Below, piece after piece: positions 1 through 13,961 of a stretch of 64,000 bases of DNA; position 1 is the stretch's first letter, and every line of letters starts with the position of its first letter. This DNA comes from Octopus vulgaris (lineage: Eukaryota), in assembly GCA_951406725.2 (NCBI GenBank), contig OX597825.1, forward strand, positions 74,028,001 through 74,092,000, read 5' to 3'. The notes beneath the pieces are model-generated. The model saw nothing but the letters and a program-made list of their open reading frames with translations, was not told the DNA's origin and did not search any database. Position numbers and translations under genes: made by a program.

Positions 1-382
1 AGGACAAACAAGGACAGACAAACGGATTAAGTCGATTATATCGACCCCAGTGCATAACTGGTACTTATTTAATCGACCCCGAAAGGATGAAAGACAAAGT
101 CGACCTCGGCGGAATATGAACTCAGAACGTAACGGCAGACAAAATACCTATTTCTTTACTACCCACAAGGGGCTAAACACAGAGAGGACAAACAAGGACA
201 GACAAACGGATTAAGTCCATTATATCGACCCCAGTGGGTAACTGGTACTTAATTTAATCGACCCTGAAAGGATGAAAGGCAAAGTCGACCTCGGCGGAAT
301 TTGAACTCAGAACGTAACGGCAGCCGAAATACGGCTACGCATTTAGCCCGGCGTGCTAACGTTTCTTCCAGCTCGCCGCCTT
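1..382 (-). mobile_element. tRNA-derived SINE family A, head-to-tail dimer (cut by window start)
   Basis: Reverse complement reads GGCGGCGAGCTGG-AGAAACGTTAGC (A-box-like), GAGTTCAAATTCC (B-box), then GCCTTTCATCCTTTCRGGGTCGAT-AAATTAAGTACCAG (resembles the Meta-SINE central domain) and tail ...CCCTTGTGGGTAGTAAAGAAATAG. A second headless unit follows directly. Confidence 0.9.
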
Positions 383-1019
383 CTATAACAAACCTATACT
401 GATGTGGGACAGACCTCAATACATAATCTGTACATAATAGGAAAATAAAATACATACTTTGACAATAGTGACTCTAGATCTACTCATAATATAGACGTTA
501 TATAAGAAATCAAATGCGCAGAGCTTGAATATAACTGCGCAGTCTATGAAAATATCCAGCTGTGTTAAAGTCGATTGTCCCTTCCTTCAGGTAGTAAAGG
601 AAAATATATAAAGGAAATTGTATGAAAAGAAGTTCGAAAAGATGTATAAAAGAGACTTAGTGTACTCTTTAACCCGTATATGTTTTGCAGAAAGATAGAT
701 TTGTCAATACTTGTATTGTGTTTCCAAGATTGTTTCTATATTCTGCAAATGAAATCAGATGAACTTGTAATACTTCTAGACGCCATTGACTTATTGTAAT
801 GTGGAATGTTAAGCTTGAAGCAATGTTTAGCCTTATCTGCTGTCAATAGAAAGCGGAACTTGAAGTCACTATTTTACTGATATTCTTTAAGTGATAACAG
901 ACAGAACTTGGTAACATGTACCATATATTTACTAATAGTTTTATTGCCCACGCAGTTGCAATGAGATACAGTCTCTCGACCTTATACAAGAGTGATAGAG
1001 GGATGCCTCACCATTTTAT

Positions 1020-1415
1020 TAGTACTCGTTTCTTTCATCTGAAAACGAAACAGCGTGAAATGAAGTGACCCCTATCTCAAGATCACAACACATTGCTCAG
1101 CCAGGGAATCGAATGCAAAACTTTACGGGCATGAAACTAACACCTATTTCTTTACTACCCACAAGGTGCTAAACACAGAGGGGACAAACAAGGACAGACA
1201 TAGGTATTAAGTCGATTACATCGACCCCAGTGCGTAACTGGTACTTATTTAATCGACCCCGAAAGGATGAAAGGCAAAGTCGACCTCGGCGGAATTTGAA
1301 CCCAGAACGTAGCGGCAGACGAAATACGGCTAAGCATTTCGCCCGGCGTGCTAACGTTTCTGCCAGCTCGCCGGCGTGAAACTAACACCATTAACTTCTC
1401 GGCCACGAACCTTCA
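1020..1415 (-). mobile_element. Old decayed tRNA-SINE interrupted by a younger family-A SINE
   Basis: GTGAAATGAAGTG...CAAGATCACAACAC...GGAATCGAA before the insert and ...TAACTTCTCGGCCACG after it resemble an antisense tRNA-SINE head. Confidence 0.5.
1145..1375 (-). mobile_element. SINE family A with 13-bp TSD
   Basis: Full-length family A match; TGAAACTAACACC lies on both sides (1132-1144, 1377-1389). Confidence 0.9.
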
Positions 1416-2329
1416 TTCCTCAGAACTTTATCACAACGTCAGTTATTCATTTTATAGCGTCTTGTCAAAAGAAAGACTTCGTAAATAGCTATGCTGTAAT
1501 ATCTGTCTGATATTTGAATAACAAATACGATAAAAATATGTGAACTAATATATTTTTCGTATATAAAATGTAAGAGAAAAATGATATTTTATATAAAATT
1601 AAATTGATAAAAAATTGATAATAATGATAAAGAATAATAGATGAATTGTGAAGTCTTTAATTTCACCTAAAACGAAAATTTTTGAAGATTTTAGTATATT
1701 AAATTACAGTTTCTCATATAATGATCAGAAATATAAAACAGTTTCCTTTGAAATAACTTTTGATTCAGAAATAATTTATGATACAAAGTTATAAGTCTAA
1801 GTTAAGAGACAGAAAATGAAGGTTTGTTGCTTGTCTACAAATTACAGCTGTTATACGTAATGTTCTTTGGAATAAAACGAAAATGAAATAAAATAAAATA
1901 AAATAAAATGAAATTTAAAAAATATATATAATAAAACGAAAAGACGTGTAGTATTTCAAAAACAAAATTACTTCATGTAAAATGTATTTTCAATTTCTAT
2001 TCAAAAATGTTATCTCGACAACTGTCGCATTAACAAACTATTTAATTTTGAGTTCGCAGAAGTAGGGTGATTTAAAGTAAAATATTGCTTTTATCGCTTC
2101 AAAACAAATTACTGAGTTCTCTTGTGTAGGCCGCAGGCCAATATTTAAAGACGAAGTCCAACAATGGCCGATTAAAATAAACCTACTCTAATGTTAACAT
2201 GTTTAATACTGAGAGCATCAAATATACACTTCTTATATTTCAGTTCTTTTTCTTATTCTGTGTTCAAATGCAATCGAACTCAACTTTGTATTCCATCTCT
2301 CGATAAAATCCATCACTAGAAGGGATTAT

Positions 2330-2995
2330 TTAGCGCTCGTAGAATCGTTAGCACGCCGGGCGAAATGCGTAGCTGTATTTCGTCTGCCGCTACGTTCTGA
2401 GTTCAAATTCCACCGAGGTCGACTTTGCCTTTCATCCTTTCGGGATCGATTAAATAAGTACCAGTTACGCGCTGGGGTTGATATACTCGACTTAATCCGT
2501 TTGTCTATCCTTGTTTGTCCCATCTTTGTTTAGCCCCTTGTGGGTAGTAAAGAAATAGGTATTTCGTCCGTCTATATGTTCTGAGATCGTATTCCGTCGT
2601 CTCAGTGACTTGAATGTTTGTGTTCCATCTCTCGATAAAATAGATTATCAGAAAAGTCGTAGGGTTGATGTAATCGACTAAGCACTCTTTACAATTTCTG
2701 AGCCATCACTAGGAAGGATTATTTAGCGCTCGCAGAATCGTTAGCACGTCGGATGAAATGTTTAGCGGCATTTCGTCCGTCTATACGTTCTGAGTTCAAA
2801 TTCCACCGAGGTCGACTTTGCCTTCCATCCTTTCGGGGTCGATAAATAAAGTACCAGTTTCGCACTGGGGTCGATGTAATCGACTTAATCCGTTTGTCTG
2901 TCCTTGTTTGTCCCCTCTATGTTTAGCCCGTTGTGGGCAGTAAAGAAATATATACGTTCTGAGATCGTATTCCGCCGTCTCTGTGACTTGAATGT
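2330..2995 (+). mobile_element. Two SINE family A copies within a local tandem duplication
   Basis: Copies at ~2335-2560 and ~2725-2950 are both preceded by CATCACTAG..GGATTATTTAGCGCTCG and followed by GTTCTGAGATCGTATTCCG.CGTCTC.GTGACTTGAATGTT. Confidence 0.85.
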
Positions 2996-3498
2996 TAAGT
3001 TACCGCAAATATAGCAAAAGTTGTTTGCGATGTTGATACAGTTTCTTGGCATTACGATGGTAGATGGAATATGTGAACTTAGTACACAACCGCGTACCTA
3101 CACTTCAAACATAACACTGACAAAGCATCAGTGACTCATCGACTCTGTATTGCCAAGCTTCGGTGATTCATTGACTCAGATAACTAGATTTATGATTTCA
3201 TTACGTTAATTCTATTCATAAACATTTAAATGGGGAGTATTTCTTAAACCTTTAGCTTCACATTTCAACAGCTTAACTGAAACTTAGCCCACATAACAGG
3301 AACTGAGAGGGATATCGTGGAACAGAGACACTGTAGGTGATACAGATAATTTGACATTATTTATGGATACTGCATGCAAAATCATATGAGATGCAAGTAT
3401 TCTTTTTCATGGGACAAATTCTTTGTTGACCAGTGTTATAAGGGTCGATGTAAACGACTAGCCCTCTCCCCTTGATATCGCAGCCCTATTTGCCAAAA

Positions 3499-3617
3499 TT
3501 CTTCTTCTTCTTCTTCTTCTTCTTCTTCTTCTTCTTCTTCTTCTTCTTCTTCTTCTTCTTCTTCTTCTTCTTCTTCTTCTTCTTCTTCTTCTTCTTCTTC
3601 TTCTTCTTCTTCTTCTC
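3499..3617. repeat. (TTC)n microsatellite
   Basis: Pure trinucleotide tract. Confidence 0.98.
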
Positions 3618-3624
3618 CTCCTTA

Positions 3625-3795
3625 ATGGTTTCATATTTTGGCACAAAGCCTGCAAGTTCGGGAAGTATGTAAGTCGATTACATCGATATCAAAATGATGA
3701 AAGGCAAAGTCGACTTCGGTGGCATTTGAATTCAGAAAGTAAGGACGGACCAAAATGCTGCCAAGCATTCTTCCTGGGGTGCTAACTATTCTGCC
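3625..3795 (-). mobile_element. Decayed SINE related to family A
   Basis: AAGTCGATTACATCGA...GATGAAAGGCAAAGTCGAC...TTTGAATTCAGAA, with many substitutions. Confidence 0.7.
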
Positions 3796-4117
3796 ATTAT
3801 TTTGTAGTTGATGTTTTTCACCCCACCCACTTTTATTTTCTGCTTCTTTTTCTAGACAGAAACCACTGAGGTGGTTTTTGCTACCTCCATTTGCCTTATC
3901 TATCTGTACCACCCGCCTGACCGAATTACAGGCTAAACCATCGATGAGAAATACCACGGGAAGGGTAGAGTTCCATTAAAATTTGGATTTACATCCCAAG
4001 AACCGACATATCAGTACCCCTAAAGAAAAGGGTATTTTGCAAGTTTACAAATTCCCGTTTTCGGGAGACAAGTCTCCAAACCAGGACGTTCTTTTCAAGA
4101 GAAGCAGAGTTATATAC

Positions 4118-4350
4118 CTATTTCTTTATTACCCACAAGGGGCTAAACACAGAGGGGACAAACAAGGACAGACATAGGTATTAAGTCGATTACATCGACC
4201 CCAGTGCGTAACTGGTACTTAATTAATTGACCCCGAAAGGATGAAAGGAAAAGTCGACCTCGGCGGAATTTGAACTCAGAACGTAACGGCAGAGGAAATA
4301 CGGCTACGCATTTCGCCCGGCGTGCTAACGGTTCTGCCAGCTCGCTGCCT
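4118..4350 (-). mobile_element. SINE family A with TSD TTATATACC
   Basis: Full-length match; TTATATACC on both sides. Confidence 0.9.
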
Positions 4351-4767
4351 TATATACCGTATACAAGACGCAATTTTTCCGCAAAAATAGCTGAAAAAAT
4401 CACTCTGGATTCTATATGCCAAATTTAGCCTTCTATAAGCATTAAAGGATTAAAGGCAATTGTTCCTAAATATGCGCTGCTATCTCCGATGCGTCTGCTA
4501 TGCCGGTGTTATTTTATGTTATCAAAATATGGTAGGTTTCTTCTTCCTGTCGTTCATAAAATCCGCAAAATACGCAGATTATCTTTGAACTCATCTCTGT
4601 TTTTGACAATTTCTTTATTTACTCTCACGTAATAAAGCTGTTGAAGAATATCTATTCTCTAGAGTAACATTTCTAGAACCTTTTTCACAGAGATGTAAAT
4701 CGAAAAAAGGTTGGAAATTGCTGCTATAAATATATACTGCTTTGCTGTTATCAACAACATCAGTAAC

Positions 4768-5348
4768 AACACACACACATACTCACACGCACGTACGTAC
4801 ACACACACACACACACACGCACGCACACGCACATATGCACACACAAATGCACACACGCACGCACGCACACACACAGACGCACGCACATACACGCACGCAC
4901 ACACACACACACGCACATACGCACGCGCGCACGCACATATGTATATGTGTGTATATATATATGTTTGTGTGTGTATACATGTATATATATATGTATATAT
5001 ATGTATGTATGTGTACTTGCGTGTGTATATACATGTATGTATGTGTGTGTATATACATGTATATATGTGTGTGTATATACATGTATATATATGTGTGTGT
5101 ATATACATGTATATATATGTGTATGTGTGTACATGTGTATACGTACTTGTGTATGTGTATACATGTATATATGTGTGTATATACATGTATATATATATAT
5201 GTATGTGTATACATGTGTATACGTACTTGTGTGTGTGTATACATGTATATATGTGTGTGTATATACATGTATATATATATATGTATGTGTATACATGTAT
5301 ATATGTGTGTGTATATACATGTGTGTATATATACAAGTGTGTGTGTGT
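4768..5348. repeat. Compound (CA)n/(TA)n/GTATATACAT microsatellite-minisatellite
   Basis: Reiterated GTGTGTATATACATGTATAT units; source of the spurious YI/HT/VC ORFs. Confidence 0.95.
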
Positions 5349-5884
5349 TGAGGCAGTATTACGGTATTGATACTGATAAGGTGAATGATTGTGACATCCG
5401 GTCATGAGTTTATAATATCGATATTATCAAAGCGAGTGAGATAACACAATGATTATTGTTACTGATTTAAACAAACGATAGATTATAATTCATATACGCT
5501 CGGTCAGCGGGTGTTATGGAAGGATTATCACAATACCTTGACGACATCAAGCAGTAATTGAATGCTGAATCAATACGTGTGTCATATGTGTTGAAATAAA
5601 TAATCAAAGCGAGATGGTAGACAATAAATAGTTAAATAAATGGGTAATTTTATCAAACATTTCAACGACCATTCAATGCTGAATTGCACAGAAAATAATG
5701 TCGCTCTTGTTTTTGTTATTGTAATCTGTGTTAGGAGAAGCAATCACTAACATTCAGATAACTCTTCTTATTGTATTGATTTCGTTTATTCTTTTCATTA
5801 TTTTCATCATTTTTACTTTTAAATTTCTGCAAATTAAGTCAATTGAGTTTCCAGTGTGTCACTAGAAATTAATACAGATGTAAT

Positions 5885-6118
5885 CTATTTCTTTACAACC
5901 CACAAGGGGCTAAACACAGAGAGGACAAACAAGGACAGAGAAAGGTATTAAGTCGATTACATCGACCCCAGTGCGCAACTGGTACTTAATTTATCGACCC
6001 CGAAAGGATGAAAGGCAAAGTCGACCTCGGCGGAATTTGAACTCAGAACGTAACGGCAGACGAAATACGGCCACGCATTTCGCCCGGCGTGCTAACGTTT
6101 CTGCCAGCTCGCCGCCTT
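5885..6118 (-). mobile_element. SINE family A
   Basis: Full-length match. Confidence 0.92.
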
Positions 6119-6235
6119 TTTGTAATATGTTTCTTTATTTATTATAATATGTTTCGTTATTTATGTTTCTTTATTTATTGTAATATGTAATATGTAATAT
6201 GTAAGATGTAATATGTTTCTTTATTTAATATAGAT

Positions 6236-6440
6236 AGGCGATGAGCAGGCAGAATCGTTAGCCTACCGGGCAAAATGCTTAGCGATATTTCGTTCGGCTT
6301 TACTTTCTGATGCCAAATTCCGCCACGGTCGACTTTGCCTTTCATTTCGGGGTCGGTAAAATAAATGCCAGTTGAATACCGTGGTTAATGTAATCTACTT
6401 ACTCCCTCCTCGAAATTACTGTGCCAAATTTTGAAAGTAA
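6236..6440 (+). mobile_element. Older SINE related to family A with a different tail
   Basis: GGCGATGAGCAGGCAGAATCGTTAGC...GTCGACTTTGCCTTTCAT..CGGGGTCGGTAAAATAA. Confidence 0.75.
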
Positions 6441-6444
6441 TATA

Positions 6445-6900
6445 TCTTATATAAAATCCGTTCTGTCTGTCTGTGTGTGTGGCTTCTAGGATCTCGAGCA
6501 TCCTCCATCCGATTGCGCTCAAATTTGATATGTAGATACCGACGGTATCAGGGTGTGTATAAGTCTTAAAAAATTACAAAAATCGATTCCAGGTGAGAAT
6601 CCGATTAATAAAGCCGTGAGAAATCGTTTTTCTTTGGAATAGAAAAAAAGTCTATCTATTTCTTCTTTTGCTGGTGTCTCAGATTTAGGTTAAATCAGTG
6701 TTTCTCAAAGGGGAGGCCTACGGGATGGTCGGACAAGTTGTTTTGAGAAAATTTGGTTTAAATGTTTGACAACTCAGCACCGTCCATTGGATGGGGGACG
6801 TTTTGCTCGTATGTAATATAAGGTAGAGTATTGGTGTATTCACAAGGGCGTTGGATACTGTGTGATTTGTGGTGTTTTTTGCGAATCCTTGCAGCGTGTG
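6445..6900 (+). mobile_element. Probable non-autonomous Helitron 5' part
   Basis: Starts A|TCTTATATAAAA, then a (CTGT)n stretch and CCGATTGCGCTCAAATTTG, the usual 5' layout of Lep1-like non-autonomous Helitrons. The 3' end was not found. Confidence 0.5.
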
Positions 6901-7419
6901 TTCGTATCTCGGTGAAGATTATCTAGCCTTTCCTTCATTCAAAGATCGATTAAAAAGGTGTTATTTCAGGACGGTGGAACAGTTGGAATGTTAAACCTTT
7001 AGGCATGATGTCTTTTAGTATCTCGTCCGGCCCTTTACCTCTTCAAGGTAACACCTATTGCGAAACTGGTGTCGAGCAGTATCGGCCCTTACTGCATTGG
7101 TGGCATGGAGACAGTAGCCCATATCACATAATTATATTTAAAGACCAACCAGTGAAGAAGGATTCGAGGAAGATCTTTGCAACTTCCATGCACTTTCAAG
7201 GGATTTAAAATATTGGCAAGGGCAAGTATTGTCCAAAGAGAAAAGCGGACAGCTCAGAAAAGCAGCGCTTCTGCATCGTTAATTCGGTTTTAAGTCAGCC
7301 AAACATAAAACAAAATCAATATCTCATACATCAAAGGGATCAAAGACAAGAAAGTGTCATTTAACAATTATTCATTCAATCATTCATCTTCTCCAACCGT
7401 TATTGCTGGAAGACTCTTA

Positions 7420-7830
7420 AAGATAGTGCCCTGAAGCAACTCCACCATAGCGTCCTATCAGAAGCGACCATTATTACTCTTTCCGTCTATCATTACTCTC
7501 TCCGTCTGGATTCCGAAGTGTAACCCACTATATCTCTGGATTTAACCCAACAATATCTTTATTGGTCTATTCCTAGGTTCCCTGCCATCGGGCTCGGCTT
7601 GAAGAATATGTCTTGCGATTCTTTTCTAGATATTTTAGAATATCACATATCTGTTTTACAGGAGCAGTGACCTCTTAATACGGTGAAGTAGTGGCCCGAC
7701 CTGCAGACACTCCCAGATGTCCGCACTACGAAGCCAGATTGTGTAACGTTGCTCTAGAGATCTTTCGGAGGAAACCTATTTCGATCGCTTGAATTATGAA
7801 TGAAAATCAGTGAAAATTTCTGCTTGAATC
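7420..7830 (-). pseudogene. RTE-clade LINE ORF C-terminal remnant
   Basis: Minus-strand pieces translate to ...DIWECLQVGPLLHRIKRS... and RIARHILQAEPDGREPRNRP...VASDRTLWW, matching the RTE C-terminal G-R-RGRP...DR..W pattern; frameshifted. Confidence 0.65.
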
Positions 7831-7924
7831 TGTATATGAATCATCCCATATAAGTGCAATGGAGAAATATACAAAAAGATGGGAAATTACATCGGAAAGA
7901 GATACGAGGCAAAAAGAAGAAAAA

Positions 7925-8095
7925 TTGACAACCGATGCTGGTGTGTTTACATCCCCGTAACTTAGTGGTTCGGCAAAAAAGACCGATAGAATAGGTACTA
8001 GGCTTACAAAGAATAAATGCTGGGGTCGATTTGCTTGACTAATGGCGGTGCTTCAGCATAGCCACAGTCACCCTGACTGAAACAAGTAAAAGAGT
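7925..8095 (+). mobile_element. SINE family B, 3' half
   Basis: TTGACAACCGATGCTGGTGTGTTTAC...GACTGAAACAAGTAAAAGAG. Confidence 0.85.
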
Positions 8096-8738
8096 ATAGG
8101 GGAATTATGAAGAGAAACCAAAAGCCAAAACATCATATTGCGTCTTTTCCGAAATTCCTCCCAAGGTATTGACGAGCTTCTAGCAATTTTATCGATTAAT
8201 TTACACGAAATGAAATTGCACGGCCTACACCAATATAGAAAACAACGGGAAACATATTTGTCGTACACAAAATATTGGACGCTGTTTGAAAAGCTAGGTT
8301 TGTCCTTTCACCTTCCGTTGGAAACTAGATGTGAAAAATGAGAAAATGATTGAATTCTGTTTGGTGATTCGACAGAAAATATATAAAGAAAGAAATGAAT
8401 TAAATTAAAAAATAACGAAATAGCAAGGTAAAATATGAGGTCGTCATAAAATATGAGAAGAGGGGTAATAAATTCGATCCAATAAAGCAAACACCAGAAA
8501 TTATTGCCATGTTTGTCATGAGAAAGACCCTAAAATAATCAGAGACATAATTGGTTTGTATATGACTTTTACTTGATTGAATGTGTGTATATGAGCGTGT
8601 GTGTGTGTGCGCGCGCTTGTGTATGTGCATGCGTGTGTGTATGTATTTGTGTGCGTGTAAGAAAGTGAGAGAAGAAAGAGAGAAAGGAGAGAGAGGGGAT
8701 GTAGATTTGCTTGTTTGTGTTTGCAGAATATATATATA

Positions 8739-8909
8739 GGCGGAGGAGTGGCTGTGTGGTAAGTAGCTTGCTTACCAACCACATGGTTCCGGGTTCAGTC
8801 CCACTGCGTGGCATCTTGGGCAAGTGTCTTCTACTATAGCCTCGGGCCGACCAATGCTTTGTGAGTGGATTTGGTAGACAGAAACTGAAAGAAGCCTGTC
8901 GTATATATG

Positions 8910-8944
<35 letters not shown>

Positions 8945-9160
8945 TTGTGTGTCTGTGTTTGTCCCCCTAGCATTGCTTGACAACCGATGCTGGTGTGTTT
9001 ACGTCCCCGTAACTTTGCGGTTCGGCAAAAGAGACCGATAGAATAAGTACTGGGCTTACAAAGAATTAGTCCCAGGGTCGAGTTGCTCGATTAAAAAAAA
9101 AAGGCGGTGCTCCAGCATGGCCGCAGTCAAATGACTGAAACAAGTAAAAGAGTAAAGAGT
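8739..9160 (+). mobile_element. tRNA-derived SINE family B (internal TA/TG microsatellite)
   Basis: Head GGAGTGGCTGTGTGGTAAG...GGTTCAGTCCC, CORE-like CTTGGGCAAGTGTCTT, tail GAAACAAGTAAAAGAG; repeated many times in the window. Confidence 0.9.
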
Positions 9161-9859
9161 ATATATATATATATATATAAATGTGTTTGTGTGTGTGTGT
9201 ATGTTAATATCTGCGTGCATGTGTGCAAGTATATATCTATCTATTATATATCAATCATCCCTCAACAAAGATTTAACGCTTGTCTTCGTCGTGTAACCAT
9301 AATATTTATAGTTACAGGTATCAAGCAGCTTTTGCGAAGGACGTTATTAAAGATTCGTTAAAAATACATAAAACAAACGAAGCACCAAAATAACTACGTG
9401 AGACCAGAAGAATTACGAAACCACTTCGTCTGTGCTCACTCAGCACGAGCGCCGTCTATTGACTGGAAATAACTAATAAAAGAATTATGTCCACAGCCCA
9501 CGTATATAGACCTCTCGTAAATTACATACACGCGCACAGAAATTATTGATGGTTATTTACAATGGAGTTCCGCCGCTACGACACGAACTCCCGAATACCG
9601 GGTTGAAAAACTAACGGTTCATCTATTAGTTAATAGTTAATTCAGTGATAAGTTATCACGTCATTACAGCCGGCCACACGTAGGCTTCAGGCAATTGTTT
9701 ATTGTAAAGCGCTTGCACAGCCGGGGAGTTGTAGGTTTTAACTGATTGGGACAGCTGTGATGTTTGTCAGAATTCCAGTGCTGACAGCGGTATATCTTTA
9801 TTACTAGTCTAATGGAGCGAGATATTTTTTTGTTTTCATCCAGAGTCGTTAACCGATAT

Positions 9860-10850
<991 letters not shown>

Positions 10851-11198
10851 TTTATATCTATGTGCGTCCTATTGATAGAACGTTGGTAAACCGTGTAGCA
10901 ACACTGCGGTGCCTTGGAATCAACCCTTTGGCAATTTAATATCTAATTCCAGCAGGAATAATTCATTACATTTCCCCAGGGAAGCTAACAACGAGCGCTC
11001 CACCAACAGGACACGGAACGAGTATTCCATGAGAAAAGATCTCGACATAATATCTATTCAGCCGTGACAGACTCTTTTTATAAAGATACTTATTAGCAGT
11101 ATACTAATGAGAACTCATATCCTGTTACATCATCATTCATGAAAGGAACATCTACAGCAGCACCAGTGGCCGGAGCAGCAGCAATGTCAGCAGTGGTA

Positions 11199-11430
11199 GG
11201 CGAGCTGGCAGAAACGTTAGCACGCCGGGCGAAATGCGTAGCCGTATTTCGTCTGTCGTTAACGTTCTGAGTTCAAATTCCGCCGAGGTCGACTTTGCCT
11301 TTCATCCTTTCGGGGTCGATAAATTAAGTACCAGTTACGTACTGGGGTCGATGTAATCGACCTAATACCTATGTCTGTCCTTGTTTGTCCCCTCTGTCTT
11401 TAGCCCCTTGTGGGTAATAAAGAAATAGGT
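11199..11430 (+). mobile_element. SINE family A
   Basis: Full-length match ending AAAGAAATAGGT. Confidence 0.92.
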
Positions 11431-11857
11431 AATGATATTGGTTATAACAGCAGTTATGTTAATGGAAGCAACACACACATGCTACTGCTGCTGTGTAAGA
11501 TTCATGCTGCTTGACGGATGGATTGAAGACTTTCGGGCAGATGAGGAAACGTCGTTCTGTAAGAGATAAAGTTGGTTTCCCATGTCTTAACAGATTGAAA
11601 GACATAAATAGCGGGACGTTATTTAGGCTGTACTATATTAGACACTGTAGTTCTGGTTAAATATTGTTGGAAATTTTGTTGGTAGCCAAGGCTGGAATGT
11701 CTTTCATCATTAATCTATTTGATTAGTGTTTATCGAGAACGAGACATTGCAAAAATTGAACTCTTGTGTAAAGAATAAAATCAATAAATTTATATAGAAT
11801 TATATAACTTCTGAAAATGATAAGACCTTTACTTAGATTATAGAGTAAAGGAAGAAA

Positions 11858-12269
11858 AGGCGGCGATCTGGCAGAATCGTTAGCGCGCCAGGAGAAATGC
11901 GTGGCAGTATTTCGTCTGCCGTTACGTTCTGAGTTCAAATTTCACCAAGGTCGACTTTGCCTTTCATCCTTTCGGGGTCGATTAAATAAGTACCAGTTAC
12001 GCACTGGGGTCGAAATAATCGACTTAATCCGTTTGTCTGTCCTTGTTTGATCTCTCTGTGTTTAGCCCCTTGTGGGTAGTAAAGAAATAGGTATTTCGTC
12101 TGCCGTTACGTTCTGAGTTCAAATTCCACCGAGGTCGACTTTGCCTTTCATCCTTTCGGGGCCGATAAATCAAGTACCAGTTACGCACTGGTGTTGATGT
12201 AATCGACTTAATCCCTTCGTTTGTCTTTTTCCTCTCTATGTTTAGCCCCTTGAGGGCAATAAAGAAATA
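11858..12269 (+). mobile_element. SINE family A dimer flanked by a single 17-bp TSD
   Basis: TATAGAGTAAAGGAAGA at 11839-11855 and 12270-12286; internal junction AAAGAAATAG|GTATTTCGTCTG. Confidence 0.9.
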
Positions 12270-13014
12270 TATAGAGTAAAGGAAGACGATGTGATAAAAG
12301 GGTAACATACATAACTTTGAACGACCACAATTTATTCTACATGCTGAAGATATCTCAGAAAATTGATACCCCTTACTTCCTGCAACAGCAACCTGTGAAT
12401 CGAGGTCCCTTTCTCTGTTTCTGTCCCACAGGCCTTGTGCGATTCACTTTCTACTCAGTCTAAGCCATCAAAAACAAAGGAAACCTAAAGATAAATGTAT
12501 CAGAGAAAAAAACTACACGTCGTTGAAGTATGGTGTAATCGGGCTAAGCTCCAGATATTTCAATTCTAATAAAATAATCAGTTTTTTACTAAGACATCAT
12601 ACAATTGCACTTATTGTTTTAAGGTCAGGTGAATTGCTCCCAAGTTCAAAATATTTTGACTTGACTCAGGCAACAAACGTTCCACTAAACCATCTTACAT
12701 ATAAATATACGTGCAGGGGTGGGTGAATCATACAAAATATCAGAAACCTTTTATTTCTACTTTTCCTCAGAAAACTGGTTTGTACTAAATCTTCACACAT
12801 GGTCATGCTTACAGCTGTTTCGTGAATTGTACTTTTCACCAGAACATTTTCATTTAATAATCAGACAGTAAGCTTTCTCCTCCAGTATGACATACAGAGT
12901 CATGGGTAATGTTTTACATCAGGCAGATGAATCGTACAAAACTTCAGAAAATTTTAAAGTCTATTTAGGCAACATGCTTACCACGAAAACATCATACATA
13001 TGCTCAGCTGTATA

Positions 13015-13266
13015 CGAGGGTGTGCTGAAAAGTTCCTGGCTTTGGGTAAAAGAAAAAACAGGAGGATCAGTTACTCTCTTTATTCTTTTACTCTTTTACT
13101 TGTTTCAATCATTTGACTGCGACCATGCTGGAGCACCGCCTTTTAGTCGAGCAAATCGACCCGGGACTTATTATTTGTAAGCCCAGTACTTATTCTATCG
13201 GTCTCTTTTGCCGAACCGCTAAGTGACGGGGACGTAAACACACCAGCATCGGTTGTCAAGCATCGG

Positions 13267-13311
<45 letters not shown>

Positions 13312-13612
13312 TACGACAGGCTTCTTTCCGTTTCCGTCTACCAAATCCACTCACAAGGCTTTGGTCGACCCGAGGCTATAGCAGAAGACACTTGCCCAAG
13401 ATGCCACGCAGTGGGACTGAACCCGGAACCATGTGGTTGGTGAGCAAGTTACTTACCACACAGCCTATTCAACATATTTCCCTCTCAGATTCGCACGCTT
13501 ATTGCAGCAGCCCTTCAGTTTTTCTAAGACCTATATAAGAAATTGGAGAGTTGGGCCTCCAGCCAGACCTTTCGCAATACACTCAATGCCAGGGACTTTT
13601 TAGCGCCCCTCG
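13015..13612 (-). mobile_element. Mariner-derived MITE with nested SINE
   Basis: TIRs TA|CGAGGGTGTGCTGAAAAGTTCCTGGC and GCCAGGGACTTTTTAGCGCCCCTCG|TA; retains the transposase C-terminal ...NLRGKYVE* on the minus strand. Confidence 0.8.
13073..13465 (-). mobile_element. SINE family B inserted in the MITE
   Basis: Near full-length family B match. Confidence 0.9.
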
Positions 13613-13807
13613 TAGCAGTCAGGCAAATCATATTCAACTTCATAACGTTTAGATAAAATCAACAGCAAATTTATTACTACGCCATTACACACACGATGTT
13701 AAGTGAAGCTTTGCAGCAGCCAGTGAACTGAACTGAGCTTGAGAATATTTCTCAAATAACAAAGTTTCCAGTAAACCACCACAAACAGTCACGCATGTGA
13801 AAATAAT

Positions 13808-13961
13808 GAGTGGCTGTGTGGTACGTAGCTAGGCGCAGGAGCGGCTGTGTGGTAAGAAGCTTGCTTACCAACCACATGGGTCTGGGTTCAGTCCAACTGC
13901 GTGGCACCTTGGGCAAGTGTCCTCTACTATAGCCTCGAGCCGACTAAAGCCTTGTGAGTGG
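13808..13961 (+). mobile_element. SINE family B 5' part (inverted duplicate of 14713-14876)
   Basis: Exact reverse complement of the head of the 14295-14845 copy, including its flank. Confidence 0.88.

Noticed and set aside
4354-4600. pogo/Tigger-like terminal sequence TACCGTATACAAGACGC
   Set aside because: No matching second TIR or transposase remnant was found.
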